A stretch of DNA of 61,422 nt, counting the filler, from Sphacelaria rigidula (lineage: Eukaryota), in assembly GCA_964200075.2 (NCBI GenBank). It is 8 parts of 8 records of this genome, joined end to end, with 100 filler letters (N's around TTAATTAATTAA, not from the genome) between each part and the next. Parts side by side here need not be neighbours in the genome. Positions count along the whole stretch, not along the records: positions 46,145 to 53,733 come from CAXNAA020014197.1; positions 53,834 to 61,422 come from CAXNAA020014198.1; 6 more parts are not named here. The stretch is one strand, 5' to 3'. The notes beneath the pieces are model-generated. The model did not search any database, had not been told where the DNA came from, and worked only from the letters and a program-made list of their open reading frames with translations. Positions 49,161-61,150 of this stretch are shown in pieces. Position numbers and translations under genes: made by a program. Position 1 is the first letter of the stretch, and each line of letters starts with the position of its first letter.

Positions 49161-51488
49161 GATTAGAAGAGGGGTCTTCTTCAGTTTTGTTCTTTCCGAC
49201 CTTCTTCTTCAAGATCGCGCCGCCGCGTGCTTTGACGAGAGGAGACCTCCGGCGCTTGCGGCCCAGCTCTTTCCAGTCCCCGCCTTGCTCCATCGTACGT
49301 CTGAGGTTCTCCGACAAAGGGGTCGGAGTAGGTCCGGTGGGGACCCTGCCCTCCTCCGGGCCGTAGCGGACTGTGCCATTTCCGTAGATGTTGGCTTTGA
49401 CGCCTTTCCGCAAACGGTTAGCGTTATTAGCACGATCGGCAGCGGAGGCTACGGCAGCGGCAGCGACGGCAGCGACGGCAGCCGAGTGAGCACTATTGGG
49501 GTGGGGATAGGTGCCGCTGTGGTTGGGGCTCGCATAAGGGGTCGACTTGATCGGCATCGTTGCCGCGGACGTCTCGACGTCGACGTCGCTGTTGGATGCA
49601 TCTCCTCCTCCCCCTCCACCGTAGACGCCGGCGGCGTTGGGGCGCTGCGGCATCATCTGCACAAGTGCGCCTAGATCCACTCCATAGATTGGTCCCGGCG
49701 GAGGTATCCCACCCCACACTCCCGCTGTGTGCGCGCCAAACCCGCCCCCCCACGCCGACATGGCGGCGCCGTGGTGCTGCCATAGCCCACCCCCTCCGTA
49801 AAATGAGTAACCCGGGACGGGTTGTTGGCTTGGCAACGGGTACTGCGGATGCGGGACTCCTCCTCCGAGGGCCGCCGCCGCCCCCGCCGCTGCCCCTGCC
49901 GCCGCCGCTGCCCCGACTGCTGTCCCTGCCCCGGCTGCCACCGCCGCAGCGCCCGCAGCAGCAGCAACTGCAGTCGTGCTGTTACCACCGGCAGCCTTCG
50001 CGCCGGTGCCGCTCGGGTCTGCGCACGTGGTAGCATCATTGTCGCCACCACTTTTTTGGCCAACCACGCCAGGGGGCTGAACTGTCGCAGTTACCGACTC
50101 GCCGCCGGCGATCACGTTGAGTGGTGATGGGCTTTTAAGCCCAGCCAAGGCAGCGGGGGACACATTGAGGAAGTGATGATGAGTGACGGAGTGGTGGTGC
50201 AGGTGGTGATGTACTGTCGGCGGAGCTACGGTCTGGTTCTGCTGCTGCTGCTGCTGCGGTTGCACTACGGGTCCCGCCGCAGAAACAGGAGTCGACGAGG
50301 AAGTCGCCGCCGCCGCCCCCGCCGCCACTGCTGCCGTTGGCGTCATCCCCCTGGGTAAGGGCTGCGGGTGATGCAACTGCGGAGGTGCGTGCTGCTGCAG
50401 ATTGTTTTGACCGGTGGTATATTGTGGAATTTCTCCGCCCCCGTTCACGTGCGGATAGTATTGCGTCGCCGCTGCCTGATGTGCCGCTGCTTGGTACGCC
50501 GCAATCTGCGCCGCGTGCTGCTGCGCTGCGTGGCGCTGCCGGCCTGCCTCGTCGGCATCGGGGGGGCACGGCGTTTGCAAAACCGTGACCCAGTTGGGCG
50601 ACGGGGCATTGGTGCTGACGTGGATGCCTTGGTTCATGGACTCACGGGCAGCTTGAACCGCCGTTACGGCCGTCTCCGCCATCGACTGCGGGTCCGCCTC
50701 GTCCCCTACCTCCACCGACGAGGTCGACGTCGGGGACGCAGGGTGTGTGCGTGGAGCCAGCATCCTTGCTGCCGCAGTCGCCCCCGCCGCCTTTCCCGCC
50801 ACTACCGCCACTTGCCCCGCTACCGTCGCCCCCACCTCCTGCTTCACTGCCTCACCCGCGACCGCCGTCGCTGCCGTCGCGAACCCGGCATGATATCCGT
50901 TTTGAGAAGCCACGGTTTTATTCCCATCGACTGGAGGATACGTCACGGGAGCGGTGGTAACATGAGAAGTAACAGTGGTGGACAACGGTTCGGATCCCGC
51001 CTTGGAGTCTTGAGGAATGTTGCTGGCTGCCACCGGAGGCGGCGCCTGCACCGGGGCCTGAACCAGCGGGGCCTGTACCAGCGTTACAGGCAAAGCGGAA
51101 CGGTAAATTTGATTTTCGGGCGCGGCAGCAACAGCGGAAGCGGCGGGACCCTGAACCTCAGCATCGCCATTGGAGTGTGCCGCGGAAGGAGTTCCAGCCG
51201 CCGGCGCCACCGCCGGCACTGTCCCCCCAGCCTGCATAGCCGCGGCGTGGGAAGCACACGGGGGGGCAACGATGGGAGCAGCAGAAACAGGTGCCACAAC
51301 TGGCGCCCTCCAGGAAACCCGTTCTGACTGGCCAGCTTCGTTGTCGTCGGTCCTGAAGCCCGGCATCAGCCGTCGCGGTGCGACTGCTGCCACCGCCGGC
51401 TGCACCGCCGCCGGCGTTACTGTTGCTGCAAGGGCAACTGGTGCGACCTGCTGCTGCCGCTGGTGTTGCTGCTGCTGCTGCTGCTGCT

Positions 51489-51519
<31 letters not shown>

Positions 51520-51722
51520 TTGTGACTGTGATGATGACAGCCCTTGCTCAGCTTCTCCGCCGACGACCGCCGCCGTGGGTGGCGACGTCTTTTCAGCCGA
51601 GGTCGCCGCGGGTTGCACCGCCACCGGTTTCTCCTTCTTGATGTCGTGGTCTTGCCCGGTGTAGAGCTGCATGTGGGGCTTGTGCCTAAGATATTCATGG
51701 ATTCTCGCACGTTTTGGTGCCG
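48832..51722 (-). CDS. Multi-BRK-domain protein, 2891-bp low-complexity exon (A/P/Q/G/H-rich, basic NLS-like stretch)
   Basis: TATAAAG| acceptor; phase 1 join gives AAPKRARIHEYLRHKPHMQLYTGQD. Open for 963 further codons with polyQ, polyP and polyH runs and RKRRR...KKK. Donor GAG|GTAAGA. Confidence 0.9.
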
Positions 51723-52966
51723 CTTTATATTTTGGTCAACACGTCGTAAAAGGAAAGGGCACAAAAAAGGGAGCAGGAAAAGAACCATACGAGATGCAAT
51801 TAAATTCGAGGAGAGGACAGGGAAAGACACGTCTAGCAGCGGCCGCGGGGGGGAGAGGGCAGAGGAGGGTGAAGGATTGAACCGACGGTGGATGGGGATT
51901 TGAACAATTTTTGCCGGACACTCTTTGTCTGGCTCTCAATGAGCAAGAGTTCTTATGCCAGTAATCGGCGCATAAAAAAACTGAGGTGAGGAGACCAGAA
52001 GACAAAAAAGCCGATTCAAGTTTACCGCTTGAAACCAGGGAAGGGCGAACCAAACGGTGGCGTTGAAAAAAATAAGGAGCAAAACGAGAATCGCGGCGGG
52101 ACACCACGGGAAAAAAACGTCCAGCTAATCGTTCTGCTCCTTTGCATGCTTGAAAAAACAAGCTACGCGAAAACACGAAACATAGAGCGATAAGTTGTGA
52201 GCAGTGAAGGCGCCATAGCACACACCCACGCGCCAGATACAGTTGGAACCACGTATGAAGCTGACGGCTCGAAGCACGAAGGGAACCTCATACACAAAAC
52301 CACTTGCCCACTTTACTCTTTCATGTTCTCTCGTCACAAAAGGTACATAGCAGTGTCAGGGAGGTGTTACAAGTGTGAAAAAAAAGCTGAGGTTGATGGG
52401 GTAAAGACACATCAGTGACCCCCCCAAAAGGTCGGTAATGCCCCAGAGACGTTCATACAAATCAACCATGTATACCTCGCCATTTTGGGACACTCAAGAG
52501 TACATGCAAAGATCTACCACAGGATACCCGAAACGTTCCAGCTCTGTTCAAGCACTGACTCGTGGGTTGTTTCTACCGTTCATATCTTGCCGCGAGCTAG
52601 CAGAAGAGCAGACTTCGTATTTTCAGTAAAAACGACTGACACTAGGTCAAAGTCCACACCTTTATCGGGACCTGGGAATGCTTCGTTGACCTCTGTACTG
52701 TAAATACTCTATAGCACCCTGCAGAGGCGAAATGGACATCATGAGTTTAATTTTCACCTATCTAGCCCGCCCCTTCTCCCCCCCAAAACTCAACGCAAGA
52801 AGCGACAAATACAACAGCAAAAAAACCCCAGCAAGACTAAAAATACTAATACTTCACACCTCAATGCTAAGCACAAACACACACACACACACATGAAACA
52901 GCAGGGCAACGTATATTTGAAAAATAACAACAAACACGAAAACAGGAAACAAGAAAACGAACTAAC

Positions 52967-53168
52967 CAGGCCCAACCAGGATAGCCTTCGCCACAGTGTT
53001 CCACATGGGGATGTGTTCGTCCGGATCGCCACCTGCGAGGGCCTTGACTGCTGCGTAGGCGTCCGCTACACCTCGAGCCTGCCTCGCTCCTTCCCACGCC
53101 TCGCCTTCCTTGTAGTCCTGGCCGGCGTACAAGAACAGGTGCTGTCGCGAACAGATCACGGCGGCAAC
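52967..53168 (-). CDS. Multi-BRK-domain protein, first exon seen (gene starts beyond the contig edge)
   Basis: GAACAG| acceptor, VAAVICSRQHLFLYAGQDY...GDPDEHIPMWNTVAKAILVGP, donor CCT G|GTTAGT. Phase matches the next exon. Confidence 0.82.
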
Positions 53169-54089
53169 CTGTTCACGTGAAGGTTTTTCTGGTGATACGG
53201 CGACGGCATCAACGCAGGTGAAAGGGTGCATGTTAACGGGGACGGGGGAACGGGGGGACGGGGGAATGGTCAAGACGGTATCAGCACAAAACCCCTCCAT
53301 AATTCTTCGCTTCTTCACAGGTAACCTCATGTTCAGTCGCACATGTGTCAAGTCACGGAGTAACGACATATACACATAGAAGGTAAATATACGTATGCGC
53401 TTACAGATATTTAGTATATTTAGAGAGAATATTTCGAACTCACGAGCGTCAAGCATACTTTGTAACGAGGCGTCCACGAGCTTTACTGCAGATTTTAGTG
53501 TGCAAGTTCCTCCGCACCCGCCCCGGAAGATGACTCTTCGGGCCAATGCCAATGCTAGGGGTCCGGTTAGCGGATTCGTACTTTACTTTCTGCGGGGTAT
53601 ACATGCGTTCGCGACCGTTCGAACGGACGCGCGATCGCGGTGGTCCTGCAATGTTTCCGGCGGGTATGAACATTTCGAGAGAGGATCTATTCTCACGGGG
53701 GCTTGGCAAGGCAAGACTACCAAGACCCTCGAANNNNNNNNNNNNNNNNNNNNNNNNNNNNNNNNNNNNNNNNNNNNTTAATTAATTAANNNNNNNNNNN
53801 NNNNNNNNNNNNNNNNNNNNNNNNNNNNNNNNNCAGTCAAGGGTCGAAGGATTCGCTCACAACTTTAGCGCTTTCTTTTTCTGGCCCCCAAAACCCCCCC
53901 CCCCCCCCCCCTATCGTAGGATGACTCCAAGGTAGAACACAATGGACCGAGCGTATGCTGACGTCGTTCGGTAGTGTTGACACAGTACACTACATCAAAA
54001 ACGGGTTGTCACCGAAGGTGCGGCTGAACCTCCGTAATTGCGGCTCGTCATTTAAAATTACTCACCTTCGGCCGCCGTGTGCAGGGGGG

Positions 54090-54930
54090 CATACTTTTGG
54101 AAGGATGTGCGTCGTCTGGTTTGCCGCGTCTGCCGACAGCGAGATGTAGTCCAACGGTTTCCCATCGGCTTTGGCTCGCAGCGCGGCTTGCGCGGTGTCT
54201 GCAATGACCTGCTGATCAGCTTGAATCATCTGTCCAGCACAGCACGTGCAAGCAGCGTGAAGTGCACATTTGGAGGAATGCGTTCGGCCGTTGTGCAGGA
54301 CCACCACCGCATACCGGAGGCGCGTGTTGTTAAAGCATTTTTGGCGTAGTCATCATGACGTACTGTACCCCCTTCAATTGTCCACGAACCAAACTAGTAC
54401 TTACCACGATCTACTGTAATTGTTGACAGGGTAACGGTTCATGCTTGCCCCAGCGGGTGATGTATGATCGAAACACAAGGGCATTAATAATTTGATGTCG
54501 GCACCTCCTAGCATGATGTTCACCTTCCGATACAATGCGAGGTCTTCGGCGGCTTACTTGAGGAATGTTGAGTCGCTTGTGGGCTTCACGCCTGGAGTTC
54601 CATGCAGAGTCTTCTTCAGCTTGATGCACAGGTTGCACTTCATGAGCTCTCCGCCTACCATAACCTTGATGTGCGGCCTGTGCTCCCTCCAGATTCGGCT
54701 GAGGTACCTTTTTGACGCTCGCGGTTCTGGACGGTCAGGGGGGACCCGGCGAACCTCTCTGCATACGTCGTCGTGGAGCTCCTGCCAGCACGCGCTGTTG
54801 TTGTCGGGGTGTTGTAGTGGCGGTTTTCGTGAACGAGCAGTGAAGATCCTGCGGGCATGGTGCAGGAGACGCCCGCTCCTATGCTTCGATTGAAACGCCG
54901 AGTCGGCTCCGTCGTCTTGCGACATGCAGT
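54090..54930 (-). pseudogene. Decayed putative DDE-like transposase
   Basis: ASKRYLSRIWREHRPHIKVMVGGELMKCNLCIKL (W...PHIK...KCxxC) followed downstream by AKADGKPLDYISLSADAANQTTHILPK. This resembles, from memory, the (I)DGxDQ...LP motif of a Sola-related/DUF7869-type family. Interrupted by stops. Confidence 0.5.
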
Positions 54931-55124
54931 GGCACTCGATTGGAGGGGGTACAGTATGCGATCTTAACAAAATGCTCTCTTTCTTGCCATCGGCTTTATG
55001 TTGGCAATCCCTACAGTGCATACATACAGAGGACGCACACAAGACAGAGCACAAGGGGGCGGAGAGGCGCGGGTGCGGGATGGACATCGCTCTACCCCAA
55101 TTGTACACAGTCCTACACTAGCTA

Positions 55125-55235
55125 CACGGGTGGCCACTGGGGGGGCCTGCAACCTCAAATTTGGACGTTACAGACCTTGCGCAAAGTCTGTAACGTCCAA
55201 ATTCGAGGTTACAGGCATCCCAGTGGCCACCCGTG
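55125..55235. mobile_element. 111-bp near-perfect palindromic MITE
   Basis: TA|CACGGGTGGCCACTGGG...TTGC/GCAA...CCCAGTGGCCACCCGTG|TA, with essentially no loop. Confidence 0.85.
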
Positions 55236-55611
55236 TAACTGCCGTGTGTATCCGCTCCAGCGTGTCATTTCGCCTCAATAGAACATACATGATCGCTCAA
55301 AAACGTTGTCACAGGATTGTTATATGTCTTCCTCTAGAGGTAAATGTCCCAATTAAGGTACGCTTAAGGCACCTGACGGGAACAACTCTGGTTCGTGGGA
55401 ACCACCATATGTAGAACAATGCCCAGAGTATCTGAAGAGAGGTAATTGAACCCTCTATTGCCCAAGCTTTTCAAATTTGAAAATTAATCAAACCAAGTTG
55501 CAGGAGTGGATGTGGAGTATGGCTCTATCGACGTAAAAACTGCGGCCAGAACACCCTCTGTCTCAATTACGGTACACTTTACGCAGCAGTTGATTTCTGG
55601 CGACCTTGGAC

Positions 55612-56187
55612 GTCTCAGACCTTCTCCTTTGGTACAAGTGCTTATGAGATTCGTGCGGTCCGTTTTGAAGAAGAAAAAGAGAAGAAAAATGGAATGCGGG
55701 AATGAAAATCATTTATCCCGTGTTTTTCGGAACAACTTTCACCATTACGTCGGTATTTGGCAACGCCGTACTCGGCGGAAACTATTGTTTTTTTTCTTTT
55801 AACCCATCTAAATACGTTTTGATGGTAATCTCCTGAAGTTTGGTGTTCATCGGTTTTGATGAAGGTACTCTATCACGCACGTTGAATGGTGCCCCTTTAT
55901 CACTCGTTTTTCACCAGAAATGGATAATGACTACGAACGTGGAACACCTGGGAAGTTTCAGATCTTCTCCTTTGGTACAAGGTGTATGAGACGAGTACGG
56001 TCCGTTTTTCGAAAACAAAAAATAAGGCGGAGATGAAAATGGCCCATCCCCTAGTTTTCGGAAAAAATTTGGCCATCAAGTCTGGTTTTGGCAACGCCGT
56101 ACTCGACGAAAACGTTTTTTTGTCCTTTATCAACCTATCGAAATACGTCTTGACAGTAATCTCCCAACGTTTGGTGTTCATGGGTTA
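55612..56187. repeat. Diverged direct duplication (~240-bp unit, ~345-bp period)
   Basis: CTTCTCCTTTGGTACAAG...TTGGCAACGCCGTACTCG...TTTGGTGTTCAT at ~55612-55855 and ~55956-56187. Confidence 0.75.
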
Positions 56188-56860
56188 GGCGACGAGCGTT
56201 GCCTCGGAACAGTTGTACAGACTGACGGTCCCAAGACACCCGGGGGTTTTCAGAGCTCGGGGGGGGTGGTTTTTGAGGGGGATGGGGTCTCTCGGCGGAG
56301 CATCGGAGAAAGCTCACGGAGTCAACCATGTGCGTTTGGAAGTTTCCTGCGGAAAATTGTGAGCCGTGCACGAGGCACGAGAGGCGCGGGATGACCATTC
56401 TGACCAATCACAGTCGTCAAAATAGGCACTTTTGTTCCGGTTGAGGTAGACAGCTCAAATCTCATTTTGATCATACCAGATCGACCATAGGTTATATCAC
56501 CGAAAAGCAGGTGTTCGAGCATTTCCGGTACACTGTGTCAGTCTGTTCAGCATTGCCTGAGCATTCTACTAGCTCCACACCTCCATCTGGTATAAATCGC
56601 CATGGCGCAACACGGGAGCGGCGGCCACGAGTATCCTACGCACGTGGATGTAGACAAGTACTTCGACGGTGAGGCGACCGCCATCGCCGAGCAATTGCTC
56701 TATCATAGTCAGGGGCGTTCGCGTCGGTAGTCATGGTGCGATATCAAAACGCACGCTGCGTACACCCGGCACGTTCGACAGTGTAAGAGCCAGTACGCTG
56801 CAGACCGCACGTGCAGCCGCGGCACGATACACTGCAGACTGCACAGCAAACGTTTGAGGC

Positions 56861-57106
56861 TGTGACGACATCACGCCGTCACGTTGAGTGTATAGTGGAT
56901 CCTGGATGATGACCAGTGACAAGGGCATCCTGTGGATGATGACCCTCACTGTGTAGCCCATGTCTAACGGTACGGACTGCAGCGGTTCACTCCTGAATAA
57001 TGAGATGATGTGAAAGCTGACAACTGAACTCTGAGAGCAGTGGAACTGGGAAGTCCCTCAACAGCATTATTAGACACTGCAGTGCTATCAACCTGCTGTC
57101 GTCACA
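56861..57106 (+). repeat. 5' LTR
   Basis: 246 bp with 10-bp terminal inverted repeat TGTGACGACA/TGTCGTCACA. Roughly 85-90% similar to the 3' LTR by eye. Confidence 0.92.
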
Positions 57107-57418
57107 ATATCGATATCAGTGACAGTGCTAGTAGTGCTAGTCGTGCTAGCTGTGCTGTCGTTAGACTACTGGAAATTGTTCAGCAGGGAGGAGTCTGGAC
57201 AGCTTGTGATAGCTTCGGGCATGTAGCTTCACGGACGCGTGAGGAGGTTTCAAGCTTAGGTAGCTGCAAAGGCGGCTGGCCCGTGATTGATCCAGACTGG
57301 AGACTTGCTGGAGCTGAGTGGTGTTGATAGAACGCCAGGGCTGCGTGGAGCGGCGAAGAAAGCAGGTGTAAATTGTGCGCTCGAGGAGGTTCAGAAGGTT
57401 TCGATTGTCCGCTCAAGA

Positions 57419-58367
57419 ATGTCAACTACAGAGGTACCGGCAGTAAATCCAGGGGAGACGACCGTAACCCTAGTCGTTCTAAACGAAGCGTTGCGGCCGC
57501 GCAGCTACGGGAATTTGTATTCTGAGTGTGATTCTCGTTCGTTCTACACAAAATACGTGGAATACAAGAAGAGGGTAGAGCGTGCGAATGCGGGGGGTGC
57601 GGTAAGGCATCAATTGGTTTCCATGGTGCAACTCGTGCCTACCCCCCTCCAACGCGTCTTCGCGAGAAGATTCCATGAGAAGCATACCATAATGCCGCTG
57701 CAACTGGCCGCAGCGATCAAGAAGCATGCAGAGCATGCGGCGGGCGCGGAGGTAGGGCTAACACAGGCGTCCGCGGCCGGGGCGAGGGCTGTCGCAATGA
57801 ACCACAAGTATGGGGACCATGCGTGAGAGGGTGGAGCCCATAATGGGGAAGGTGGAGACGTATTTCTCGGAAACTCCTATCGTCGAGATGGTTTATCGTT
57901 CCTCCGATGGTAAATTCCGCCCAGGGTCCGCTGCGGTGATCACGAAAGCGATGGTGGAGTGTCTGGCACCGGCGGAATTCATGCAGGCCGTGCTTGTGCA
58001 GTTACGGCATGGAACAAACTGGAAGTCAGACCCGTATTTAGTTATGGATACCGTGGTGGCTGAGGCTCAGGCATGGCGGAGGGTCAAAGTATTCGGAAAA
58101 TCATCCACTTTGTCGCCGCAGTCTTCGAGCTCGCGTAACCGCGGATCAAACCCCGCAGGCAGTGCCGCCGCCAATAGTACTTGCTATCAGTGTGGCCACG
58201 TAGGCCACATCGCACGGAAGTGCCCAACGCCTTCTGAGAGGGAGTCTGAGCAGACGAGTGCCGCGCGCCTTCGCAATCACAAAGAAGGAAAAGGTGATCG
58301 GGGTGGTGGCGGAAGCGCATCGGCCAGCGGTGGAGGTGTACAGTCGAGTTCCCAGCAGCAGCAGTAG
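57419..58367 (+). pseudogene. gag relic with CCHC zinc knuckle
   Basis: Two frameshifted ORFs (57287-57826 and 57810-58367) containing CYQCGHVGHIARKC. Confidence 0.82.
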
Positions 58368-58599
58368 CAGCAGGGGCAGCGGCGTCAGCAGGGGTCCGGT
58401 TCTGGCTCAGCCGCAGGGGCTGCTGCTCCGCAACGGGCGGTGCAGGTGGGATCGACCTCTCTAGTGTCGGGCTCGGTGCCGGCGCCGCCGGCAGCAGAGC
58501 AAGGCGAGACGCCTGCTGCGGAGCCGGCCGGATTTCAGCTGAAGTTTGGATCCGCTGCTGCGTCGGCCGACGCCCCGCTGCCAGCCGCGTGCGGCGCCA

Positions 58600-60800
58600 C
58601 GTGGGGATCACGAACAATCAGTCGGTGGAGCAGATGCCGGTCGAAATCAAGGCAAGTATATCCCTGCAGAGGTTTATCTCCTAAATCAGCGGGCGCGGGG
58701 AGCTATTGCGGTAGAGGTTAAGTGGAATTCTGGCGCCCACTGGACGGGTCATGTGAGTTTGTCGGTCCAGATTGTAGAGATGTTGGATCGTCTTCTCCCG
58801 GGTGTGCCGTTGCGCACTCCGTTTTTGCTCGGGGCTTGGCAGGCCGTCACCGCGTCGGATCAAAAACTTTACGTCACAGAGTGTACTGTTCCGCTGCAGC
58901 TGACTTTGATGATTTCTTGGGGGCCGGCGCAGTTGCTCCGATCTCGTTTGCGATCATGCAGGGGTCGAATGGCGTTATTCTTCTGGGGTTGCCAATGATT
59001 CAGAATATTCGAGTCAACGCTCGGCGGTTGTGGGACTCCATGAAGACGCGGATGTCTCCCACTGGTGCATGCTTGGAGACGCCCGCCGTTTCGGGTAGTC
59101 GCCGCGTGAGGTTGTTGGTGGGTGCTTTTAAGGAGGATGGAGGGCAGGTAACCGAGGAGCGGGATGCGGCGGTGGAACGCTTGGTAGAGCGCGGCCCGGA
59201 GATATATATTGATCCAGCGGAAGAGGAGTCCGCTCGAAAGGTCGCGCTGGAGGAGAGCGTGATGGATGCTGGGGCGAAAAGTCTCAGCGTTTCAAAAGCG
59301 GAGCTTCTGCGCAGCATATTGCATTGCCGCGTCAACGCGTTTCGTCGTGCGCTGCGGGGTGATCCCCCAATGCGCGTGGAGCCCATGCGTATTTAGCCAA
59401 AACCTGGGGCGTCCGCGGTGAAGACGAAGCCGCGGCGGTACGATCCAGTGAAGTCGAGTTGGTTGGCATTGTGCATGGCGGCTCTTTTGGCGCTTGGGTT
59501 GGTGTTACGGAATTTGCAGGCAGGGTGGTCCAGTCCAGATATGGGATTTTCGAAGAAGGCTGCATCATGGACGGAGGGCAGGCTGCAGGCGTGGGCGGCA
59601 GCGAAAGATCTAGTGACTCATGCCGTGACGCTGCTCCATCCTCGTCCTGATTGTCAGGTGTCAATGTCTCTGGATGCATTTGAGTGCCATTGGGGTAGGT
59701 TTGTAACGTAGGTGCCTGGTGCAGAAATGCAACAACGTTTGCCGGTTGAAGACATGATGCATGAACCGCTGCCTTCCCTTAGTGGTAATTTCAAGGGTTC
59801 ACAGATGCGTTGGGCAACCATTGACAAGGAAGGGTTTGCTATCGTGAACACTTTTCGTCGTCTCGAGCATTTATTGTGGAATGGCGTGCACATTTTGACG
59901 GATCACCGAAATCTAGCGTACATTTTCAACCCGGAGGCATGCGTGACGTCTGCGTCCGAATTTGTCGTCCGCCAAGCGGAACGAAAAGACTTTGGGGCCA
60001 AAGATGCAGACGTGCAATCTTCCGAGTCGGATATTGGTACCGCTATTATGGAAAATGAAGGTATGTTTCGTGTGTATGTGCGTGGCCGAAACGTTTTATG
60101 GATTCCGAGTTCTGACAAGCAGTTGCAGGTACGTCTGATGATTTGCGCGCACATGCGCGACGCTGGGCATCGTGGTGTTGCTGCGACGCTCGTGCGCTTG
60201 CAAACGTTTCGTGTCTGGCAAGGGATAGAAACTCATGTGCGCAAATTCGTTCGCCAGTGTCTTCACTGTGCTGACTCGAGGGCGGGCGATGTTGTTCCCC
60301 GTCCGCTCGGCGAAACGGTCCATGGGACCACGCCGAGTGAAGTTGTTCATTTTGACTTCTTGTACGTGGGCGAGAGTGGCCCGCTAGCTTCCCAAGGTTT
60401 GTCGGAGGGTGCGAGATTTCGATATCTTTTGGTAATCATGGATGATTTGAGCAACGTTTTGGCTCTGGAACCAGTAGCAGTGTGTACTGGCGAATCGACT
60501 GCTGTGTTGTCGCTGAATTGGTGCAGTACTCTGGGGGTGCCCCGCGTGTGTGGGTGAGTGATACCGACACGCATTTCAAGGATGCGATCTTGGACCGATT
60601 GCGAGAGGCTTTGCGCGTTGATCACCAGTTTGCGGTAGTGTATTCTCCGTGGTCTAACGGTACGTGCGAACGCATGATCAAGCGAGTAGTTCGCACTCTT
60701 CGCTCTGTTCTTCTCGAGCAGCGCAGAGCGGTTTCCGAGTGGGTGTGCGTGTTGCCGCCGGTACAATAGGCGTTCAATACCGCGTATCGACGTCGTTATG
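58600..60800 (+). pseudogene. pol relic: protease remnant, RT N-terminus, RNase H, integrase
   Basis: ILLGLP; RRYDP...WSSP; DA...WG, IDKEGFAIV and LTDHRNL (RNase H); H-x4-GH...CxxC; HFDFLY, LVIMDDLS, VSDTDTHF and SPWSNGTCER (integrase). Stops and frameshifts present. Confidence 0.88.
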
Positions 60801-60909
60801 ATCGTACGCCGATAGTGGGATTCAGTTGTGACTTGCTTGATCGTTTTGGCGCTATTTTTCTAAGTGTCAAGCTTGTTGCTCGATTCTTGTCCAACGCGCT
60901 TTGGGGTGC

Positions 60910-61150
60910 TGTGACAAAATCACGCCATCACGTTGAGTATATATTGGATCCTGGATGATGACCAGGGGACAAGGGCATCCTGTCGATGATGACCCTTGCT
61001 GTGTAGCTGTCTGATGGTACGGGCTGCAGCGGTTTACTCCTGAATAATGAGATGTTGTGAAAGCTGAAAACTCAAATCTGAGGCCAGTGGAACTGGGGAG
61101 TCCCTCAAGTGCACTAGACGCTGCAGTGCCAGCAACCTGCTGTCGTCACA
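60910..61150 (+). repeat. 3' LTR
   Basis: 241-bp direct repeat of 56861-57106, preceded by a degraded G-rich tract (TTGGGG) and followed by AGGC. Confidence 0.92.

Larger units (their letters stand above)
56861..61150 (+). mobile_element. Ty3/Gypsy LTR retrotransposon, internally deleted and decayed
   Basis: LTRs at 56861-57106 and 60910-61150 with TGTGAC...GTCACA ends. 4-bp TSD AGGC at 56857-56860 and 61151-61154. Domain order gag-PR-(RT)-RNase H-integrase. Confidence 0.93.

Noticed and set aside
49123..51664. Long plus-strand ORFs (e.g. 50368-51327, 319 aa) opposite the large exon
   Set aside because: These are shadow ORFs of a GC-rich low-complexity coding exon, with no recognisable motifs.
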